From positions 5,803-69,802 of the forward strand of contig CAUTAF010000007.1 of the NCBI GenBank assembly GCA_963536495.1: a stretch of DNA of 64,000 nucleotides. Direction: 5' to 3'. The notes beneath the pieces are model-generated. The model ran no database searches and had not been told where the DNA came from. It saw only the letters and a list, made by a program, of their open reading frames with translations. Every line of letters starts with the position of its first letter. Position 1 is the stretch's first letter. Of this stretch, positions 30,763 through 42,900 are shown piece by piece. The DNA is from an uncultured Eubacteriales bacterium (GTDB lineage Bacteria > Bacillota_I > Bacilli_A > RF39 > UBA660). The position numbers and the translations under genes were made by a program.

Positions 30763-30810
30763 TAAAATATTATAATTTTTTATTATAATTAATATGATAA
30801 TAGAGGTAGT

Positions 30811-33701
30811 ATGAAAAAGAAGTTATTAATTATAGTTTTATTGTTAGTGTTATTAATAACATCTTTTTTTGTCTTAACTAAAAAACCTAATATTAAACAT
30901 AAAAAGTTAAAAGAGTTAAATTATAATCTAACTTATAAACAGGCTTTCCCAGATGAAAATTTAAGAAGAGGTGTACTTTTATGTATCATGAGAAATTATT
31001 GTGCTACATTTTATGAAGGATATTATGAATATAATTATTATAAAAATTATTATTCTGGTGATGGTAGTTTATATGAAACAAAAGAATATGTAAATAAAAA
31101 GTGGTCTTGGACTACTGCAATAACAGAAAGTGAAATAGCAGCAAAAGAAAATGAAACTATTTCAAAAGTAGATTTAGATAAAATCAAATTTTTAATACCT
31201 AATGATAGAAGTAAAGAAATTACTACATTAGAAGGTGTACAATATTTGATAAATCTACAATATGCAATACTAGAAAATGTTAAAGAAGAAAATGTAGATT
31301 TTTCAAATAATAAAGAATTGATTAAGTTATTTTTAAATGGAAAAACTGAAACTAAATCTCAAATAAAAACAATAAATTTAGATCAAAATACTAAATTAAA
31401 AGTTTTGTTTTTAAAGTTAAGTAATAAAAATTTAAATTTATCTAATGTAACAACATTAACAACGTTAGATATAGAAAAAACAATATTAGAAAATATAGTA
31501 TTGCCAAATAGTGTTACAAATTTGGAATTAAGCGATAATAATATAAAAAGTATAAATATACCAACTAGTGCAGTTAAAGTTAATTTAAATAAAAATAAAC
31601 TTAATAATATAGATTTAAGTAATTCTCCAAATTTAGAAGAGTTACATTTACAATATATGAATCTTGATACAATAAATTTAACGAAATTACCAAAATTAAA
31701 AAAATTAGATATAGTATCTTTTAAATCAGATGAAGATATAGATTTTAGTAAAAATGTAAATTTAGAGGAAGTATATATTAATACAAACCGTAGCTACAGA
31801 AATTACCCATTTGGTAATCTTGATTTTAGTAATAATATTAATTTAAAAGAAATATATTTGTTGGCTCCTAAATATAAAACATTAAATATAGAAAAAAATG
31901 TAAATTTAGAAAAAATAACTTTAAGTAATGTGTCAAAAGATGATGTCAAAATGATAGATATAAGAAAATATCCAAAAATAAAACAAGTATTATTAGCGTA
32001 TAATCATTATGATAGAGTTTATGGACCAACTGAATATATAAATGATTTTCAAGGTTTAGATTCCAAAAGAATTAAGGTTAAAAAAAATTCGTATGTTAGA
32101 ATACCGAAAGTATATTTTGATGATAGAGAAGTATATTTGAAAGATAGTCCTAATTTTACAAGAAATGGCGAAATTTATGTTTTTAATAAACTTGGCTACT
32201 TAAATGAAATAGCAATTGGAACAGAAAGGAGTATTCCACCTTTTATTTATCATTATTTTAAGTGGGAATATAATATAGAAGTAGAAGCAGGAGAAGAACA
32301 CGCATTTAATCCAAGTATTGATCAAGGTAACTATACACCTTTAATAAATGAAGAAATACCAGTAAATAACTTAAAAGAAATGATAACTAACTTACCAGAA
32401 AATATTAAGAATTTTGAAGTGTTAAGTCAAAACACATTTACTGATAAAGGGAATAAAACTATTAAGGTAAGAATAACATTTAGTGATGATACATTTAAAG
32501 AAGTAGATATACCTATAAAAGTATATGAAAAAGAAGATATCTTACCAACAGTAACAGTAACTCCAGAAACACTAGAAGTAATAGATAAGAAACCAGTTAA
32601 TATAACTATAACAAGAAGTTATGCTAAAGAAGATAATATCGATAATACTAACTTTATAAAAACAGTAAGAGATAATCTAGTAAGTTATGAATATTTAAAT
32701 AAAGCAAATGGATTAACTTATAATTCAAATAGTGTAACTGGAGTAATAGATTATTTGTTTACTGGTACTGAAGAAGAACATACATTTAATATAACTTATA
32801 AAGAACAAGGTAAAATTTATACATTTAATAAGAATATTTCTATTAAACTTTTAAGAGATACTGATAAAGACGGAATAGCAGATAAAGATGATGATGATAA
32901 AGATGGAGATGGATATTCTAATGCAGTTGAAATAGCAAGAGGAAGTGATCCATATGATAAAACATCTCTTCCTGATATGAGTAAGAAAGATGAGTTAGAT
33001 AATCTTGTTAAACAGTTAGAAAAACTAATAGAAGATACTAAAGTAAATCCGTTTGATACTAAAAATAAACTAGATGTTGATAATCTTAAGAATAACTATT
33101 TACCTGGTAAAGTAACAGAAAAAGATAATATAAAAGGGTCTTATTCTGCAACTACTAGTGATACTGAATTATTAAAACTAATAGAAAAAACTAAAAAAGA
33201 AATAAATGATATCAAAAAAGAAATAAATAAACTAAGAGATAAAGCTAACTTTGAAGAGTTAGATAAAGAAATAAATAAAGAAGTAGATAATTCATATAAA
33301 GAATTAATAGATAAGATAAAAGAAGCTAAAGACTTAGATAGAGATACTTCAACTCAAGAAGAAGTAGATAAGATTACTAAAGAGATAAAAGACTTAAGAG
33401 AAAAGATTGTAACAGATAAAGAAGAACTTAAGAAGAAAATAGAAGAATTAGAACAATCTATTAATGATAAGTTATGTAAGAGTGAGGCATGTAAGACATT
33501 ATTAAAAGAAGCAAAAGATTTATATGATAAAGATTTTATATTAAAAGAAGAAATGTTTAATATGATAAAAAGAATAGATGATTTATTAGATAAAGAGAAA
33601 AGAATAACTAATCCAAAAACTGGAATAAAGACATATAGTTTAGTAATACTATTTATAATATTTATTAGTTATATAGTATTTAAGAAAAAGAAAAGTTATA
33701 T

Positions 33702-33708
<7 letters not shown>
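30811..33708 (+). CDS. Cell-wall-anchored LRR surface protein, paralog 1 (signal peptide, LRR, Ig-like modules, TSP3-like Ca-binding repeat, coiled coil, NPKTG sortase signal)
   Basis: N-terminus 'MKKKLLIIVLLLVLLITS'. LRR runs such as 'LELSDNNIKSINIP...LNKNKLNNIDLSNSPNLEEL'. 'LLRDTDKDGIADKDDDDKDGDGYSN' (DxDxDG). C-terminus 'NPKTGIKTYSLVILFIIFISYIVFKKKKSYIR'. Confidence 0.7.
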
Positions 33709-33774
<66 letters not shown>

Positions 33775-33791
33775 GATAATAGAGGTATCTT

Positions 33792-36700
33792 ATGAAAAAT
33801 AAAAAGTTATTAATTATTATTGTAGTGTTATTGGTATTAATAACATCTTTTTTATTGTTTATATTAAAACCAAATACAAAGAATAAAAAACTAAAAGAAT
33901 TAAACTATAATGTAACTTATAAAGAAGCTTTTCCTGATGAAAACTTAAGAAGAGGTGTAATTCTTTGTATAATGAGAAATAGATGTGGAGAAGATCAAGC
34001 AAATCACATAGCATATAATTATGATGAAATAAAAAAAGAAAAATATATATCGGATTCTAGATATTATAATGATTATTATCGAACAAAAAACTGGCTTAAT
34101 AATACTAATTTTGGTTCTGTTATAACTAAAGAAGAACTAGAAGCAAAAGAAAATGAAACTATTTCAAAAGTAGATTTAGATAAATTAAAAGTTTTATTAG
34201 CAAATGATTATGAATATCTTGATAGTTTACAAGGTATAGAATATTTACCTAACATAAAAGTACTAATGTTAGATTATGTGAGGCAAGAACATATTGATTT
34301 ATCAACTAATAAAAAATTAGAAAAAGTATTTTTAGAAGGAAAATCTATTAATTTAGATGAAAATATAAGAATAAAAGAACTTATATTAAAAGTTTATAAA
34401 GAAACACAAAATATAAATTTATCACATTTATCATCGTTAGAAGCTTTGAGTTTTAGAGATTCTCATTTAAGTAATATGACTTTACCTTCTAGTATTAAAA
34501 AATTAGATTTAAATGGCAATAATATTAAAAAATTAGATTTAAGTAATAATCTAAATATTGAAAAATTAATTTTAAATAATAATCCTTTAGAAAATTTAAA
34601 TATATCTATGTTAACAAATTTAAAAGTTATAAGTGTATCTGCAAATTCAATACCAGATTTAACTAAAAATTTAAATTTAGAAGAAATTAGTATAAAAGGT
34701 TGGAATTCTCCTATGGAAGATATAAGACCTAATATTGGAGAAGTAGATTTTAATAAAAATGTTAATTTAAAAAAACTTGAAATTACTTCTTCTAAAATAA
34801 AAAACATTAATTTAAATAAAAATATTAATTTAGAAGAATTAACACTTAGAAATAATGCTATAAATACATTAGATTTAAGTAAAAATATTAATTTAAAAAA
34901 TTTAACTTTGGAAAATAACGAAATTAAAAACATCTCTATACCAAATAGTGTAACAAAAAGTAATTCTATTGATAAATTGAATGTTAATATAAAAAGGGAT
35001 ACTTATCAAGAAATATCTTTAACTTATAATGGACAAAAAGTTTATTTAAATCCCAATTCTAGTTTTACAAGAGAAGGAGATAATTACAAATTTAAAAATT
35101 TGGGAACATATAACTTAACTGCTATTTCACCTGATTCAAAATTCACTTGGAATGTTATAGTAAAAGTAACTCCAAAAGATACAGATTTGGAAGTAGATAA
35201 ATTTTATAGACCAAGTATCGAAGATGAAATAGATGCAAATGAATTAAGAAAACAAGTGGTTAATCTACCAAAAAATGTTAAAAAATTTGAAATTATAGAT
35301 CCATTACCTACAAAATATTTTGTGCACGGAAAATATATAATTAAAGTAAGATTGACATTTGATGATGGTTCTATAAAAGAATATGATTTATATTTAAAAA
35401 TTTATGATAAACCAGCAAGATATTTACCAATTGAAGATTATGGTGTTTCATATTTTAATGGAATGGATGGATTTTTTAGCGAAGGAAGACCAGAACCAAA
35501 AGATTCTAAATATTATCTTTCATTTACTTTACGTGAAGATTATTCAAGAATAATAGAAGGAAATAAAATAGATTATACTAGAAGAATCCAAGATCAAGGA
35601 GAATGTTTTTATTATGGACAAGATGATCGTTATAATGATGTATATGACATTGATTGTAAGTCTGATTTTACTTTAAAATCTAAATATACAAATGTACCAG
35701 ATGGTATAAAAATTAATGATAATGGATTTTCAGGAGTAATCGATTATATTTGGGATGATAATGAAGAAGAGCATGTCTTTGAAATGAAATATGAAGAAAA
35801 CGGACACATTTATTTTCTTAATGAAACTTTCAAATTTATATTATTAAGAGATACTGATAAAGACGGAACACCAGATAAGGATGATGATGATAAAGATGGA
35901 GATGGATATAGTAACGAAGAAGAGCTTACTAAAGGAAGTGATCCATATGATAAAACATCAGTACCTAATGGTGTAAATCAAGGTGAAGCTGGTAAATTTA
36001 TACCAATAATAGATCAAAAAGATTATAAACCTATAATTTGTGAAGATATATCAGAAGAAAATTTAAAGAAAATAGTTACGAATTTACCTAACAACATAAA
36101 AAAATTTGAAGTAATAAAACCTATTTTCAATAAATATTGTGAAAAAGGTAAAAAATCTATTAAGATAGAAGTTACATTTAATGATAATACAAAGAAAAAA
36201 TTCTATGTTGATGTAAATATATATGATGTTGAATATGAAAAACCAACTATTGAAATAAAAGATAATAATCAAAAAGTATTAGACGGTAAAGAAGTAAATA
36301 TAGATATTTTAAGAAAACATGAAGAAGCAGCAGACGATACTGAATTAATAAAATATAAAGAAGCTGAACTTATAGGGTATAGATTTTATGATAAAGTAAA
36401 TGGTTTAACTTATAGTAGTAATAAAATATCAGGAAAAATTGATTATAATTTTATAGGTGATGAAGAAGAACATGAATTCATAATTAAATATGTACCTGAT
36501 TATTATAGTTTTAGCGGTACAGAAGAAAAAATTAGAGTTACTTTATTAAGAGATACTGATAAAGACGGAATAGCAGATAAAGATGATGATGATAAAGATG
36601 GAGATGGATTTACAAATGATGAAGAGATATCAAAAGGAAGTGATCCATATGATAAAGCTTCAATTCCAGATATATCTAAAAAAGAGGAAGTAGATAATTT

Positions 36701-37439
36701 AGTAACAAAATTAGAGAATAATATTAGGTTTTATAAAGCTGGTAATTTTAATACTAAAAATAAACTTCATGTAAATAATTTTAAATTAAACTTTTTGCCA
36801 CAAAAAGAAAGAGAATTAAATAATATAAAAGATTCTTATGATATTACAACAAGTGAAGTTGAATTAAATAATAAAAAAATAAAATTAAAAGAAGAAATAA
36901 AATCTATAAATGAAGAATTAAATGAAATAAAAGATAAAGCTAACTTTGAAGAATTAAATAAAGTAATTTCTTCACAAGTTGAAGAGTTATATACTAAAGA
37001 ATCATTTGAACCTTTAAAATTAAAGATAAAGGAAGCAAAAGAGTTGGATAAAGACAGTGCTACTCAAAAAGAAGTAGATGATATGACATTTGATATAATT
37101 TCTCTTATTTATGATTTAAAATTAAATTTAACAGAATTAAAAGAAAAAATTGAAGAGTTAGAAACTTCAATAGAAAAAGGTATTTGTATAGATGAATCTT
37201 GTAAATCTGCATTAAAAGAAGTTAAAAGAATATATGAATTAGGTGGTATATGTAAATATAATTCTATGACATTAGAAGATAATAACTATGTAATTAATAT
37301 AATTGATAATTTGTTAAAAAATAAAAAGGATGGTTTAGTAAATCCTAAGACTGGAATAAAGACATATAGTTTAATAATACTATTTATAATATTTATTAAT
37401 TATTTAGTATTTAAGAAAAATAAAAATTATATAAGATAA
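33792..37439 (+). CDS. Cell-wall-anchored LRR surface protein, paralog 2 (1215 aa; two TSP3-like repeats; NPKTG)
   Basis: Same N-terminal domain ('KLKELNYNVTYKEAFPDENLRRGVILCIMRN'). Long LRR tract ('LDLNGNNIKKLDLSNNLNIEKL...'). Two 'LLRDTDKDG..DKDDDDKDGDG' modules. C-terminus 'NPKTGIKTYSLIILFIIFINYLVFKKNKNYIR'. Confidence 0.7.
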   Translation: MKNKKLLIIIVVLLVLITSFLLFILKPNTKNKKLKELNYNVTYKEAFPDENLRRGVILCIMRNRCGEDQANHIAYNYDEIKKEKYISDSRYYNDYYRTKNWLNNTNFGSVITKEELEAKENETISKVDLDKLKVLLANDYEYLDSLQGIEYLPNIKVLMLDYVRQEHIDLSTNKKLEKVFLEGKSINLDENIRIKELILKVYKETQNINLSHLSSLEALSFRDSHLSNMTLPSSIKKLDLNGNNIKKLDLSNNLNIEKLILNNNPLENLNISMLTNLKVISVSANSIPDLTKNLNLEEISIKGWNSPMEDIRPNIGEVDFNKNVNLKKLEITSSKIKNINLNKNINLEELTLRNNAINTLDLSKNINLKNLTLENNEIKNISIPNSVTKSNSIDKLNVNIKRDTYQEISLTYNGQKVYLNPNSSFTREGDNYKFKNLGTYNLTAISPDSKFTWNVIVKVTPKDTDLEVDKFYRPSIEDEIDANELRKQVVNLPKNVKKFEIIDPLPTKYFVHGKYIIKVRLTFDDGSIKEYDLYLKIYDKPARYLPIEDYGVSYFNGMDGFFSEGRPEPKDSKYYLSFTLREDYSRIIEGNKIDYTRRIQDQGECFYYGQDDRYNDVYDIDCKSDFTLKSKYTNVPDGIKINDNGFSGVIDYIWDDNEEEHVFEMKYEENGHIYFLNETFKFILLRDTDKDGTPDKDDDDKDGDGYSNEEELTKGSDPYDKTSVPNGVNQGEAGKFIPIIDQKDYKPIICEDISEENLKKIVTNLPNNIKKFEVIKPIFNKYCEKGKKSIKIEVTFNDNTKKKFYVDVNIYDVEYEKPTIEIKDNNQKVLDGKEVNIDILRKHEEAADDTELIKYKEAELIGYRFYDKVNGLTYSSNKISGKIDYNFIGDEEEHEFIIKYVPDYYSFSGTEEKIRVTLLRDTDKDGIADKDDDDKDGDGFTNDEEISKGSDPYDKASIPDISKKEEVDNLVTKLENNIRFYKAGNFNTKNKLHVNNFKLNFLPQKERELNNIKDSYDITTSEVELNNKKIKLKEEIKSINEELNEIKDKANFEELNKVISSQVEELYTKESFEPLKLKIKEAKELDKDSATQKEVDDMTFDIISLIYDLKLNLTELKEKIEELETSIEKGICIDESCKSALKEVKRIYELGGICKYNSMTLEDNNYVINIIDNLLKNKKDGLVNPKTGIKTYSLIILFIIFINYLVFKKNKNYIR

Positions 37440-37545
37440 AGTTAAAATTAACTTTATCTTTTTTATATTTACAATATAAATTGTAATTTTATTTTTTTAT
37501 TTGTCATAAAAAATATATATGGTATATTGCTATAGTGAGGTAAAA

Positions 37546-39828
37546 ATGAAGAATAAAAAAACTATAATATTATTAATAGTATCAGTCTTATTTGTATCAG
37601 GATTTTTGCTATTAAATAAAACAAGTAGCGTAAAACAAATAAAATTAAAAGAGTTAAATTATAATGTAACTTATAAAGAAGCATTTCCAAATTCTAATAT
37701 TAGGAAAAGTATAATACTTTGTATTATGAGAAATAGATGTGGAGAAGAACAATATAATTCTGGTATGTATACTGTTGAAAAGTATAATGCTCAACATCCA
37801 GGTACATATAACACTTATATACAGTATTATATGACTCGTGAATATGCTAATAATTCAATGTTTGGTTCTACAATAAGTGAAGCAGAAATAGAAGCAAAAG
37901 AAAATGAAACTATTTCAAAAGAAGATTTAGATAAAATAAAAATATTAATTCCAAATGAACCTGGAGAAACTATTAGAAATTTAGGTGGAATAGAGTATTT
38001 GAAAAATTTAAAAGTATTATGTAATTTTAAGTTAGATGTTGAAAATCTTGATTTATCACATAATAAAGAATTAGAAACTATATTATTTAATACTGATTCT
38101 TCATCAGAAATTTCGAAAATTAAAAAAATAATTGTAGAAGAAGATAATAAGTTAAAATTATTAGCTCTTGAATTAGAAAACGAAACTATAGATATATCTA
38201 ATTTAAAGACTTTAGAAGTAGTAATTTTAAAAAATGGTAATATAAAAAATATAGTTTTACCAAATAATATTAAAAAATTAGATTTAGCATTTAATAAAAT
38301 TTCTAGTATAGTTTTACCAGAAGAAGTAGAAGATGTTAATTTAGATGCTAATCTTATTGAAAATATAAAAATACCATCTAAAGTTATAAAAGCTAATATA
38401 AGTAGAAATAAGATTAGTAGTATAGATTTAAGTGATGCAATTAAACTTGAAAGATTAGAATCAAGATTTAATCCTATTGAATCAATTGATTTAACAAAAT
38501 CTGTAAATTTAAAATTTATAGAATTGAAAGGTGCAAAAATTAAAGCTAAAACAATAGATTTTAGTAATAATCCAAAATTAGAGGTTGTATCATTAAATTA
38601 TTTTATTCCAATGCCTCCAATACCTGGTAGACCGAATATTTCTGATGTAGGAATGAAACTTGAAACTTTAGATTTTAGCAATAATCCTAATTTGATTGGA
38701 ATAAATGCAGAAAAAATAGGCTTGAAATCAATCGACTTAAGTAAAAATCTAAAATTAACATATGTCAATATTAATAATAACGAAATTCAAGATTTAAAAA
38801 TACCAACAACTTTAAAAAGAAACAGTATTCAAAATATTAATTTTAAAATAAAGAAAAATTCTTATATAGATCTTCCTATATTATTTAATGGAGAAAAAGT
38901 ATATTTAGAAGATAGTGATAATTTTAAAAGAGTAAATGATAAATATATATTTGATATAGTAGGAATTTTTAATGAAAAAGTTAAAAAAGAAATAACAGAT
39001 GGTTATAAATATGAAGCTAATGTTACAGTTGAAGTAGAAAGTGGAGAAGAAGAAACTTATACACCAACATTAAGTAATCAAGTAGATTACAAACCTGAAT
39101 CTAATAAAGAACTTTCAGTTGATAAAATAAAAGAAATGGTTAATAATTTACCATCAAATATTAAAAACTTTGAAATAATATCTCCAGAAGATAAAAAGTT
39201 TACATCAGAAGGAGATAAAAAAGTTAAAGTAAGAGTAACATTAAGTGATGATACATTTAAAGAATTTGATATAGATATAAAAGTTTATGAAGAAAAAGTT
39301 ATCTTACCTGAAATAACTGTTACAAAACCAGTTGAAAACAAAAAACCAGAAAGAGGATATTATGGTTTTAGAAAAGCAAATAAAAGAGTAAGAAGAAGTT
39401 TAGATAAGTATAATGAAGTAAATGAATCTGTAAAAGAATTAGAAAAATTAATAGAAGATAGTAAAAACAATAATTTTGAAACTAAAGAAGAAACGGATGT
39501 AGAAAATTTAAAAAATAATATTTTAGTAAAAATAGAAGAAGCTAAAGAAAAACTTAAAAAATCATATACAGAAGAAACAGAAGAAGAAAAACTTATAGAA
39601 ATAAAAGAAAAGGTATTAAAAGAAATAGAAGGTTTAAAAGAAGAATTAAATAAAATAAGAGAAAAACAAGTATCTAATAATGAAGAAAAAGTAGAAAAAC
39701 CAACTCTATTAAAAGAAAACAAAAAACAAGATACTAAATCATTTAATTATTTCTTAATATTAATACCAGTAAGTTTAATAATATTAATTTTAATATTATT
39801 AAAGAGAAGAAAAAAGGAAAGAAGATAA
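37546..39828 (+). CDS. LRR surface protein, paralog 3 (760 aa from the internal Met). It lacks the TSP3 module and the NPKTG motif and ends in a TM helix + RRKKERR.
   Basis: 'MKNKKTIILLIVSVLFVSGF' with a GAGGT RBS; the ORF track starts 27 nt earlier. It has the same conserved N-domain and LRRs. C-terminus 'FLILIPVSLIILILILLKRRKKERR'. Confidence 0.65.
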   Translation: MKNKKTIILLIVSVLFVSGFLLLNKTSSVKQIKLKELNYNVTYKEAFPNSNIRKSIILCIMRNRCGEEQYNSGMYTVEKYNAQHPGTYNTYIQYYMTREYANNSMFGSTISEAEIEAKENETISKEDLDKIKILIPNEPGETIRNLGGIEYLKNLKVLCNFKLDVENLDLSHNKELETILFNTDSSSEISKIKKIIVEEDNKLKLLALELENETIDISNLKTLEVVILKNGNIKNIVLPNNIKKLDLAFNKISSIVLPEEVEDVNLDANLIENIKIPSKVIKANISRNKISSIDLSDAIKLERLESRFNPIESIDLTKSVNLKFIELKGAKIKAKTIDFSNNPKLEVVSLNYFIPMPPIPGRPNISDVGMKLETLDFSNNPNLIGINAEKIGLKSIDLSKNLKLTYVNINNNEIQDLKIPTTLKRNSIQNINFKIKKNSYIDLPILFNGEKVYLEDSDNFKRVNDKYIFDIVGIFNEKVKKEITDGYKYEANVTVEVESGEEETYTPTLSNQVDYKPESNKELSVDKIKEMVNNLPSNIKNFEIISPEDKKFTSEGDKKVKVRVTLSDDTFKEFDIDIKVYEEKVILPEITVTKPVENKKPERGYYGFRKANKRVRRSLDKYNEVNESVKELEKLIEDSKNNNFETKEETDVENLKNNILVKIEEAKEKLKKSYTEETEEEKLIEIKEKVLKEIEGLKEELNKIREKQVSNNEEKVEKPTLLKENKKQDTKSFNYFLILIPVSLIILILILLKRRKKERR

Positions 39829-39901
39829 AGCTAAATTAACTTTATTTTTTCTTTTTAATAAAAATATATAAATATGATATACTATTATAGTAGAGGTATG
39901 T

Positions 39902-42900
39902 ATGAAGAATAAGAAGTTATTAATTGTTTTTGTAGTGTTATTGGTATTAATAACATCTTTTTTATTGTTTATCTTAAAACCAAATACAAAAAATAAAAAA
40001 CTAAAAGAGTTAAATTATAATATAACATATAAACAAGCTTTTCCTGATGAAAATTTAAGAAAGAGTATACTTTTATGTATAATGAGAAATAAGTGTGGGG
40101 AAGAACAGTATAATTCTGGAGCATATAATTTTGAAACATATAGACAAAAACATGATGCAGATTTTGATAATAAATATTATTTTACAAGAACATATGCTAC
40201 TGATACTAGTTTAGGTCCTGTTATTACGGACGATGAAATAAATACTAAAGCAGAAGAACAAATATCAAAAACAGATTTAGATAAAATACAGGTTTTTATA
40301 TCAAATGATTCATATTTTAGCCATGAAGTAACAGGAATAGAATATTTAACAAATTTAAAAGCTGTCGTATTAATAAATTTATATAATTATAATGTTGATT
40401 TTTCATATAATAAAAATTTAGAAAGAGTATTTTTAGGCTATGGTAGTACTTTAAGTTATATTAAAAATGTAAATTTAAATCAAAATACAAAATTAAAAGA
40501 AATAGCTATAAATTTTAATTTTTATGGCAGAAGTAATAAATTAGAATTAGATTATTCTATCCTTAATGACTTAGAAACTTTAATAATTGATTCTCCATTA
40601 GAAGATGATTATATAAGATTACCACTTGGAATCAAAATTTTGAAATTAAAAAATTTTGATATGAAAAGAACAAATTTATCTGAATTAGTTAATTTAAAAG
40701 AACTTGATGTAGATGTTTTTAGAAGTGGTAAAATAGATTTTAGTAAAAATAATAAATTAGAAAAGCTTTATTTATATAATGAAGAAAAAAATAAAAAAAT
40801 AGACAGTTTAGATTTTAGTAATAATCCAAATTTAAAAGAACTAGATATAAATAAAATTGGTATAAAAAATATAAATTTAGATAAAAATATAAATTTAGAA
40901 AAAATAAAATTTTCAGGAAATAATATTAATGAATTAGATTTATCTAAAAATATTAATCTTAAAGATGTTATTTTAAGTAATAACAATATTACAAATATAA
41001 AATTAAATAGTGAAAAAGTAGAAAAGTTAGATTTATCTGATAATAAGTATTTAAAAAACATAAATGTAACTAGACTTTCTAATTTAAAATATTTAAATCT
41101 TGATAATACAATGATTAAGACTGATACAATAGATTTTAGTAAAAATCCTCTTTTAGAAGAAGTTTATATAAAATATATTCCAAATCCATCTCAAGGTTAT
41201 TATCCTGCTGATGATAAAAGTCCGATAAATATAAACAGTTTAGATTTTAGTAATAATCTTAATTTAAAAACATTAAAAGTAAAAGCTAAATTAAAAAAAT
41301 TAAATATAGAAAGAAATATTAATTTAAAAGACCTTGATATTAGTATAAATAATATTACAGATTTAAAAGCTCCTAATCATTTAAATTATAACACTTCTCA
41401 ATGGATAAAAATAAAAGTAAAAAAAGATACAGATATAGAAATTCCAGTTAATTTTAATGGAGAAAAATTATATTTAAATCCTACTAGTTATATTATACGT
41501 AATGGAGATAAATATAGATTTACTGCAAAAGGAAAATTCGAGGAATCAATTTGTTCTACTAAAAACGGATTTAATTATTGCCTTTATTTAAATATTGAAG
41601 TGTTATATAAAGATGAAAATATTGATTCTTCATTAACATTAATTGATCAAACAACTGAAGATTATAGACCAGGAATAAATGAAGAAATAGATGTTAATCA
41701 AATAAGAAGAATGATTACAAATTTACCGGCAAATACGAAAAAGTTTGAAATTGTAGAACCTAAACCTGCTAAGTTTAAAGAAAAAGGCAAAAACATATTA
41801 AAAGTTAAAGTTACTTTTGATGATGATACATCTAAAGTATATAATTTACCAATTAATATTTATGAAAAAATATATAATTCAGTTGAATTTGACAGAAAAA
41901 TTAATGGAGAACCAGTAAATATTTTAGAAAAAGAAGGTAAATGTATTTTCCCATGTGGAATAGAAACATTTGAAAATAAAGAATTTAATTATGTAAGACA
42001 TAGACAATATATAAGAACAAATTGTAATTGTCCAGGTGAAGAGTTTAATGATACTAATTTGCTTGCTCGTGTAAATGATAAAGTTTTAAGTTATGAATAT
42101 ATTGGTTTACCAAATGGCTTATCAGCAGACGAAAATGGAATACATGGCAAGATTGACTATAAATGGAAAGAAAATGAAAAAGAACATACTTTTTATGTAG
42201 TATATAAAGAAAAAGGTCATGCTTATAATATTGAAGAAACTATTAAAATAAAAGTTTTAAGAGATACAGATAAAGACGGAATACCAGATAGTGAAGATGA
42301 TGATGTGGATTCTGATGGCTTTAGTGATGTAGATGAACTTAAAGCTGGAAGTAATCCATATGATAAAAATTCAACACCTTTAAATGTAACAAATGTATCA
42401 AAAAATACTGAGGCAGATAAGTTTAATCCGATAATAGATCAAAAAGATTTTAAACCTTTGACAACTCAAACTTTATCAAAAGAAAAAGTAAAAGAAATGA
42501 TAACTAATTTACCAACTGATATTAAAAGCTTTAAAGTTCTTACAACTATATATGATAAATATACAGAAAATGCGAAAACAAAAATAACTGTTTTAATAAC
42601 ATTTAAAGATAATAGTAAAAAAGAATTTGATGTACCTATTAAATTTTATAAAGAAGAATTTATTAGACAGATAATAAATATTGAAGAAACTACATCTATA
42701 ATAGAAGGTAAGACTCTTAATCTAGATGTAAAAATAAGATATAACGAAGAAGAAAGAATTGATGAAACTAATTTAATAAAATATGTTTATGAAAAACAAA
42801 AATATTATTACTATACTTCTTTACCACAAGGTTTAAAATATACTTCTAATAAAATAAGTGGAGTAATTGATTATAAATTTCTAGGTGAAGAAGAGGAAAA

